Shown piece after piece: positions 58,438 through 64,000 of a stretch of 64,000 nt of DNA (the stretch's first letter is position 1; the number at the start of each line of letters is the position of its first letter). The DNA is from a virus (taxonomy: Duplodnaviria > Caudoviricetes): the IMG/VR virus record IMGVR_UViG_2974508059_000001, positions 32,001-96,000 of that record, one strand, 5' to 3'. The notes beneath the pieces were generated by a model, which was not told where the DNA came from, made no database searches, and saw only the letters and a list, made by a program, of their open reading frames with translations. The position numbers and the translations under genes are program-made.

Positions 58438-58913
58438 TTGTGATGTCTATCGAGATTGACAAAATCTCACCCGACGTGTATCCGGAGCTGGCTGAGTTCC
58501 TTGCCGATGCCAACAGCATTCGCAAAGAACCCTTGCAGGTCTTGATGGCCGTCGAAGATGACATCGTGCACGGGATGGTGATTTACGAACCGGGTAACAT
58601 CGTTTACCTGTACGTGGTCCCGGAATCCCGTCGCAGTGGTGTGGCGCGTTTCCTTGTGAAGCACGTTGCCTCACAGTCGCCGGGTAAGCAGATGACGGCG
58701 ATAGTCAATCCCGACGCGGTCGATGCCCAGTGTTTCTTTTTGCAGAACGGTTGGCGAATAGAGAATTGGTTCAAAGGCCTCGATGATAAGTGGTATTTCC
58801 GTATGACGACTAAGGCGACACAACCGGCTCAGTCCCCGCCGGTTGAAGTAGGATTGGCCCGGTTTGCGAAGACGGTTCCAATCTTTATTTCGGTGGGTAA
58901 CAAAATAATATAA
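58434..58913 (+). CDS. GNAT-family acetyltransferase
   Basis: Motif A YLYVVPESRRSGVARFLV and motif B AQCFFLQNGW. Confidence 0.85.
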   Translation: MIVMSIEIDKISPDVYPELAEFLADANSIRKEPLQVLMAVEDDIVHGMVIYEPGNIVYLYVVPESRRSGVARFLVKHVASQSPGKQMTAIVNPDAVDAQCFFLQNGWRIENWFKGLDDKWYFRMTTKATQPAQSPPVEVGLARFAKTVPIFISVGNKII

Positions 58914-58927
58914 AACTCACGGGAAGT

Positions 58928-59422
58928 ATGAAAATGCAGCGTGTCGTCTATGAAACACGTCAACAGTGTGATAGCGGTGTGGAAGTTATCTGCGTTACTG
59001 AAAAGATAGCCGATTGTGACCTTGACCTTATTCGGTCGACCGTCCGCGGTCAGCCTGTCAAGATAATCCAAAGCACCGCCCTTAAAATTGCTTTACCTAA
59101 ATCTACACCAGCAATACGACCTAGTCGAAAGGCAGACTACCAAGCCCTGAGACAGCACTTCCTTAAACACTATCGCCGCTCGCTCTGGAAGGACGTGGTG
59201 ATGATGTTGGTGGATGAGTTTATCAAGGACTTGGAATGGGAAGTGATTTTAGCCGGTTCCGGCTTTAAGAGCAAACCGCCTGCCTATCACTGGGAACGTT
59301 TCAAAAAACAGTACCTCAAAACGATGCCAAACTGCCGCTACACGTGGAGCACCCGTAACATGCTCCCCCGACTAGAGGAGCAGCCTTGGCTTCAAGCTTA
59401 CCTGAAAGAGGATAAAAATTGA
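58928..59422 (+). CDS. Hypothetical basic protein
   Basis: 164 aa; coupled to the next gene. Confidence 0.7.
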   Translation: MKMQRVVYETRQQCDSGVEVICVTEKIADCDLDLIRSTVRGQPVKIIQSTALKIALPKSTPAIRPSRKADYQALRQHFLKHYRRSLWKDVVMMLVDEFIKDLEWEVILAGSGFKSKPPAYHWERFKKQYLKTMPNCRYTWSTRNMLPRLEEQPWLQAYLKEDKN

Positions 59423-59814
59423 TGCGTTCTGTATTGGCTGTTTTGCTGTTATTGGTATTTTCTCAGACTGCACATGCGGACTTCAATCCAAGTGAGATGC
59501 TGGGATACCAGCCTAACAGTCCCGACGAACCGAAAGTCAAATTCGAAGCGACCGACCGTGCGCGTACGGTAGCGGAAGGCGGGGATTTTGCCGTTGTCAA
59601 CTTCGGAAAAACAGACACCTGCCCGGGCGGTGGCTTTTACTTGGTAAACACCAAACGTAAAATCTACCAGTTCATCGACGCGGGGAGTTGTTATGAGAAC
59701 GTACGTGCAGACCTCTCGACGCCGCCGACTTCAATGAAGACGATTGCGACGCAAGTTCTCACGTTCTATATTGGCAAAACCATTATAGCCCGCTACCCGC
59801 TCTACGGGTACTGA
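59422..59814 (+). CDS. Predicted exported (periplasmic) protein
   Basis: Sec signal MRSVLAVLLLLVFSQTAHA-D with AxA cleavage site; two Cys in the mature part. Confidence 0.75.
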   Translation: MRSVLAVLLLLVFSQTAHADFNPSEMLGYQPNSPDEPKVKFEATDRARTVAEGGDFAVVNFGKTDTCPGGGFYLVNTKRKIYQFIDAGSCYENVRADLSTPPTSMKTIATQVLTFYIGKTIIARYPLYGY

Positions 59815-59820
59815 CCGTCT

Positions 59821-59856
59821 CCCTGCTTACTTCGGTAGGCAGGGGGCTTTTCTTTT
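59821..59856 (+). terminator. Rho-independent terminator (UUCG)
   Basis: CCCTGCTTAC-ttcg-GTAGGCAGGG plus T-rich tail. Confidence 0.85.
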
Positions 59857-59868
59857 CGGAGCCGGACT

Positions 59869-60954
59869 ATGACTTTTATCATTACCCGCACCCGAACACA
59901 CCAACAGTCGCTATTGGATTTGGTGAACTATGCCAATGACGATACGATCGATACGCCTTTGACGGTAGCGAACACCGGTATCACAAAGCGTGGGGAACTC
60001 TACCCGGGTGTTTACGGGCTGCGACTCACTAACCTGTCGAAGGAAGACGACACGGTCGATGTGCAACACACCAAGATTCAACTCGGTGATATCCTCCTCT
60101 TTAGCAAGGCAGACTTAAGTTGGTTCAACCCGCTTAACGTTCCGTCAAGCAACCGGGTGTGGGACAATGCTGCACAGGCGATGGTTGAGAATGCCATTGC
60201 CAAAATGGGCTTTAACATCAGTAAAATCTTTACCCCACCGAATGCGTGTTTCGTCACGTACAACACGGATGAAAGCGGGTGGTTCATTACGTTTCGTTGT
60301 GACTCGTTCGTGTTTGAAGAAGTATTTCTCTATCGCCTGCCGCACTACTTCGGCGAGTTTGTAACGAACAAAGATTTGGTGGGTTTTCAGTTCAATCCAG
60401 TGGGGAGCACGGAGCCACCCATTCCAGATGCGTATCCTGTGGTGTTTACGAAAGCGCCGTGGGATTTATTGATTGGGCTGGTTAACTTTGAGAACGGTTT
60501 CACGTTTGATAAGAACCAGTTTGCATGGAAGGACTTAACAGTCCTGAGCACGCCATCAGTGAAAGGCGGGGATACCGGCATCGATTTAGATTTGCTGGCT
60601 GAGCCTTCGGAGGTAATAGAAGACTGGGTGACCTTTACGTACAAACGTATGGCCCTGTCTGCGGTGTGGCCAAAGACACCGGTGTTAACCACGGCAGAGG
60701 TGGGGTTCAATCGCAATGACCGCACCATCGATGTCCCGACGTTAATCGCCACACTGGCAGGCCGCTTCTACCTCGACCAAAGCAACTATGGATTCACGTT
60801 TGATTACCTCAAACGTCGGGTAACGATTACCGCACTCAGCACCAACGTCGCCTTTACGGGGAGCGTACAGCTTACTGTTGCTATCACGATAGGGTTGGCC
60901 GAACTGGTGACGGTGCGGATGTTAAACGGCTTTGAGCCGGGCAAGTTTTACTGA
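59869..60954 (+). CDS. Virion structural protein of the same paralogue family, two tandem domains
   Basis: Two copies of LL.LVN..N and of the V....L.GF end motif. Confidence 0.7.
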   Translation: MTFIITRTRTHQQSLLDLVNYANDDTIDTPLTVANTGITKRGELYPGVYGLRLTNLSKEDDTVDVQHTKIQLGDILLFSKADLSWFNPLNVPSSNRVWDNAAQAMVENAIAKMGFNISKIFTPPNACFVTYNTDESGWFITFRCDSFVFEEVFLYRLPHYFGEFVTNKDLVGFQFNPVGSTEPPIPDAYPVVFTKAPWDLLIGLVNFENGFTFDKNQFAWKDLTVLSTPSVKGGDTGIDLDLLAEPSEVIEDWVTFTYKRMALSAVWPKTPVLTTAEVGFNRNDRTIDVPTLIATLAGRFYLDQSNYGFTFDYLKRRVTITALSTNVAFTGSVQLTVAITIGLAELVTVRMLNGFEPGKFY

Positions 60955-60962
60955 CGTGCCCC

Positions 60963-61000
60963 TACCCTCTCTTCGGAGGGGGTAAAACCTCTTATTTTTT
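60963..61000 (+). terminator. Rho-independent terminator (UUCG)
   Basis: TACCCTCTC-ttcg-GAGGGGGTA then T-rich. Confidence 0.7.
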
Positions 61001-61035
61001 GCGTCACCCGCGTTGGTTATAGGAGGTACGCAACC

Positions 61036-61602
61036 ATGAAAAAATATAAACTGGCTATTATTGGCTCACGTGAGACCGATCAAGAAACCATGCAAGAAAT
61101 GTATGCCCAATTACTGGCCGGTATTAATATCCTGTTGGAGAAAGGGTACGACCTTGAAATCACAAGCGGCGGCTGCTGGAAAGGTCCCGACCAGTTGCAG
61201 TTTATGCTGGCCCGGTACTTTAAAGGCGACCCCCGCCTGACCTTTATTTGTTATCTCCCCGATGACAAGAAGCTGTGGCTGAAAGAAAAGAACCCGTTTG
61301 TGGACTTCCGGGTAATTGAGCAAACTCCGCTGTATCAGGAGATTGTACGTTCGCTGCACCCGGCACCCGATTACCTGAATGACTGGGCGCACAAACTGCA
61401 CGGACGTAACTTGAATATCATTATGGGTGATGATTTGCACACGCCATCGGATGCTGTGTACTACTCAGCACCGATCAATAAGCAAGGCAACCCAACTGGC
61501 GGTACGTTTATGGGCGTACAATACGCGAAGTCCGTCAACGTCCCAACCTTCCATCACGCAAACCAAGGCCAAGACTGGCTGGCGTCCTTGCGTTTATTAT
61601 GA
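61036..61602 (+). CDS. SLOG/DprA-like Rossmann-fold protein
   Basis: LAIIGSRET, ITSGGCWKGPD, HGRN..I.G, TGGT..GV.YA. Confidence 0.75.
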   Translation: MKKYKLAIIGSRETDQETMQEMYAQLLAGINILLEKGYDLEITSGGCWKGPDQLQFMLARYFKGDPRLTFICYLPDDKKLWLKEKNPFVDFRVIEQTPLYQEIVRSLHPAPDYLNDWAHKLHGRNLNIIMGDDLHTPSDAVYYSAPINKQGNPTGGTFMGVQYAKSVNVPTFHHANQGQDWLASLRLL

Positions 61603-61618
61603 TTCCTCTGAGGCACAC

Positions 61619-61882
61619 ATGCAATCAACATCTCTGCTGCAAAGATTGAAGGAGGCGTTCTGTCCGCCCCCGCCTAAACCTGCGCCGATTCAACAGCCGG
61701 TCGAATGGCAAGGGACGGAGAAGGAGTTCTTCGAGTATCTGGATAAACGTGACTTCCTGTCCGTGCCGGATAATGCAGAACGTCCACGCGTGATTAACTA
61801 CGTAGACGGGAAGACCAACGAGCTGTTCGCCGTTGCCGTCCGCTGGCCAAATCGTTATTACTACTATTTAATCGAAACCTGA
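61619..61882 (+). CDS. Small hypothetical protein
   Basis: GAGG SD before ATG 61619. Confidence 0.7.
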   Translation: MQSTSLLQRLKEAFCPPPPKPAPIQQPVEWQGTEKEFFEYLDKRDFLSVPDNAERPRVINYVDGKTNELFAVAVRWPNRYYYYLIET

Positions 61883-61903
61883 TAACGGTTCGAGGGTAGA
61901 CTC

Positions 61904-62902
61904 ATGTCATTAGAACAAGATTTTGAAACGTTGTGGGAGAACTACGATACCGTGGTCGCACTCGAGTCTATCGGTGTGGGTATTGACAACCCTGCAATCC
62001 AGTCTATCGCCAAGCGCTGGGGGTTAGATGATGTGGTGTTAGTGGCGGGCGAATCTGCTCGTGATAAAACACCTAAGAAAACCTCTTCTCTGTTGGCGCA
62101 AGTCTTCAATGACTTTGCTGGCTTCTTCGGTACCCGTTATGTGGAACTCCTGAAGAAGATGAACAACCAAGCAGACCTGTTGGAGAAGCACGCCACTGAC
62201 ATGGAATCGCGCCTGAATAAAATCAGTGCGTTGCATGCCCATGAAGTGCCAAGCGGTAGTTGGACATCCAAAGTCTGTTTTGAAGACCTGCCCAATTTCA
62301 AAGAGTGCATTAAGCTTGCGAACTCTGCTGATGGGTTAGAAGCCGTGGTGAAGCAGTACACGGTTCTGACCCGCCAGATTGTGTTCTCGCCGGTGATTGA
62401 CCGCCGTAAGATGGAGAACGGGGAGCTGACCAAAATTGGTTACAGTTCCAACGCCGCTATCCATCGTGCGTCAGGGTATTTAGGTCGCCTTGGTGAGGCA
62501 GATGTTCAAGCCCGTCCACTGGCTGGCAATGTGATTGTTGTCACCCGGGGTGAAGGCGAGAAGGGCAAGGTGCAGTTTGCCGTGGCGCACGGTGGCGATT
62601 ACAAAGGTGAGATTCCCTCGCTGGAGCTGTCCGAGTGTAAGAAGGCACTGGGCGCAGTTCGTACCATCGCTAAAACGCTGCGTAATCGCGGTGCGAAGAA
62701 TGGCGTGTTTGGTTACAGCGGCATCTACGAAGAAATCGAGAAGATGAAAGCGGGGCTCAAACAGCACGAAGGTGCCGAGCTGCGTCTGGCCACCCTGCGT
62801 TACAAAAACGCACTGGAACTCGAGAATGCATTCACTACCGCACTTGACCGTGTCGGTGATGGTTTAATTAACTGGGTAGCCGCAAGTATTAAAGCCGGTT
62901 AG
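61904..62902 (+). CDS. Internal head protein, processed (paralogue 1 of a second tandem pair)
   Basis: VALES, KRWGL and VAGES propeptide; WTSKVCFED shared with the next ORF. Confidence 0.7.
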   Translation: MSLEQDFETLWENYDTVVALESIGVGIDNPAIQSIAKRWGLDDVVLVAGESARDKTPKKTSSLLAQVFNDFAGFFGTRYVELLKKMNNQADLLEKHATDMESRLNKISALHAHEVPSGSWTSKVCFEDLPNFKECIKLANSADGLEAVVKQYTVLTRQIVFSPVIDRRKMENGELTKIGYSSNAAIHRASGYLGRLGEADVQARPLAGNVIVVTRGEGEKGKVQFAVAHGGDYKGEIPSLELSECKKALGAVRTIAKTLRNRGAKNGVFGYSGIYEEIEKMKAGLKQHEGAELRLATLRYKNALELENAFTTALDRVGDGLINWVAASIKAG

Positions 62903-62914
62903 TAGGAGACGACG

Positions 62915-64000
62915 ATGTCAGCGCTCGAGAAAGATTTGGAAATCCTGAACGACGATTGGGATCGTTTAGTGGCATTAGAAGCACTGGGCGCTGGCCCCGA
63001 CTATCCTGCGATTGCGGCGATTCGTCAACGGTGGTGTTTGTCAGACGACACAGGCCACTTTGTTGCCGGTGAATCTAACGCCATGGAACGGGCCCAAGTC
63101 TTACACGACGAGGCCCGGTTCGGCAGTATCCGTAACGTCTATACCCGTAAAGCCGCAGGGGCGGTTGGTAAAGGCGTGGCAAACGTCGCCGGTGCTGCCG
63201 GACGGGTTGCTGGGAAAGGTGTGAAAGCGGCCGGTGTTGCAGCGGGTCGCACATCCCATCAGCTGGCCATGCGTTTTGTGGACTTCGCCGATGAGCTGGC
63301 CAAAGATACCACGAAGAAAATCAAACACGTGGTGAACAAGGCAACCCTTTTAGAAAACCAATTGCACAAGCTCCGCAAGGCCCTCAGTGAGGCAGGCGAG
63401 TTAGGCAAGGGGACGGTGGAAGCCGGTAAGTGGACTTCGAAGGTGTGCGTTGAGGATAAAGTCGACCTCGACAAGACCATTGAGTTTACCAACCACACCA
63501 AGGCGATTGAAGCCCGTGTCGATGAGTTCACGGTGCATGTCCGTAGCGTGATGAAAGGCAAGAAGGAAATGGAGGACGGGACGGTTGCTAAACTGGGTCG
63601 GTCAACCAACTGGGCGGTCAAGCGCGCATCGGGTATCATTGGTATCGTGAGCCCTGCGAAAGAAATCACCGCAACCTGTTTCGGTGGGAACGTGATTATC
63701 GTTGAGCGCATTAACGGTAACATTACCTACGCGGTCGCCAAAGACGGTGACTACGGGCACACCATGCCTGCCCTGTCTAAGGCAGATTGCGAACGGGCGT
63801 TGGACGGTGCTGAGAAAGCCATTGAAACATTACGGGCACTCGGCGTGAAACGCAAAATCACCGGCTTTACGGCCGTGGATGAAGAAGCAGAAGCGCTGAA
63901 GGCTGACCTCAAGAACGTGGCCCTGAAAGACCTGCGGCGTGCCACGGGCTACTACAAGTCCGCCATGGCACTGAACGACGGGTTTGTCACCGCGATGGTT
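62915..64000 (+). CDS. Internal head protein, paralogue 2; 3'-truncated by the window edge (not in the ORF track)
   Basis: AGGAG SD; MSALEKDLEILNDDWDRLVALEALG..RQRW..VAGES..WTSKVCVED aligns with 61904..62902. Confidence 0.75.
   Translation, partial: MSALEKDLEILNDDWDRLVALEALGAGPDYPAIAAIRQRWCLSDDTGHFVAGESNAMERAQVLHDEARFGSIRNVYTRKAAGAVGKGVANVAGAAGRVAGKGVKAAGVAAGRTSHQLAMRFVDFADELAKDTTKKIKHVVNKATLLENQLHKLRKALSEAGELGKGTVEAGKWTSKVCVEDKVDLDKTIEFTNHTKAIEARVDEFTVHVRSVMKGKKEMEDGTVAKLGRSTNWAVKRASGIIGIVSPAKEITATCFGGNVIIVERINGNITYAVAKDGDYGHTMPALSKADCERALDGAEKAIETLRALGVKRKITGFTAVDEEAEALKADLKNVALKDLRRATGYYKSAMALNDGFVTAMV

Noticed and set aside
1-64000. tRNA, rRNA, CRISPR array, IS/transposase, integrase
   Set aside because: No cloverleaf, regularly spaced repeats or transposase motifs seen; intergenic gaps are short. 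tRNAscan-SE or Infernal would be needed to exclude them formally.
1-64000. Chimallin, PhuZ tubulin, terminase, tail sheath
   Set aside because: Not recognised in this window, so nucleus formation is inferred only from family membership.

Overview
This window is a gene-dense segment of a phiKZ-like jumbo myophage genome (Chimalliviridae-type). Gene order follows the SPN3US/Erwinia-phage pattern as I recall it. Core genes: split multisubunit RNA polymerase subunits (non-virion beta' C-half and beta N-half, virion beta' C-half), SF2 helicase, N-terminal half of a split family-B DNA polymerase, DnaB-like helicase and RuvC-like resolvase. Structural genes: major capsid protein, portal, probable neck/baseplate proteins, and paralogous internal head proteins with A/G-x-E prohead-protease sites. 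Accessory islands carry DHFR, a GNAT, a SLOG/DprA-like protein and small membrane proteins. No tRNA, rRNA, CRISPR array or mobile element was recognised. Most notable signals: (1) a probable programmed -1 frameshift (T TTT TTC at 6259-6265 plus a downstream hairpin) fusing a T4-gp26-like Cys-motif protein to an ORF with no usable start, resembling the G/GT tail-chaperone arrangement; (2) a 21-bp promoter-like motif repeated four times in front of non-structural gene clusters; (3) three divergent paralogues inserted right after the capsid gene; (4) three head-to-head gene pairs only 12-25 bp apart with back-to-back Shine-Dalgarno sites; (5) a coupled chain of micro-ORFs. phiKZ/SPN3US gene numbers are inferred from motifs and synteny, not from a database search.
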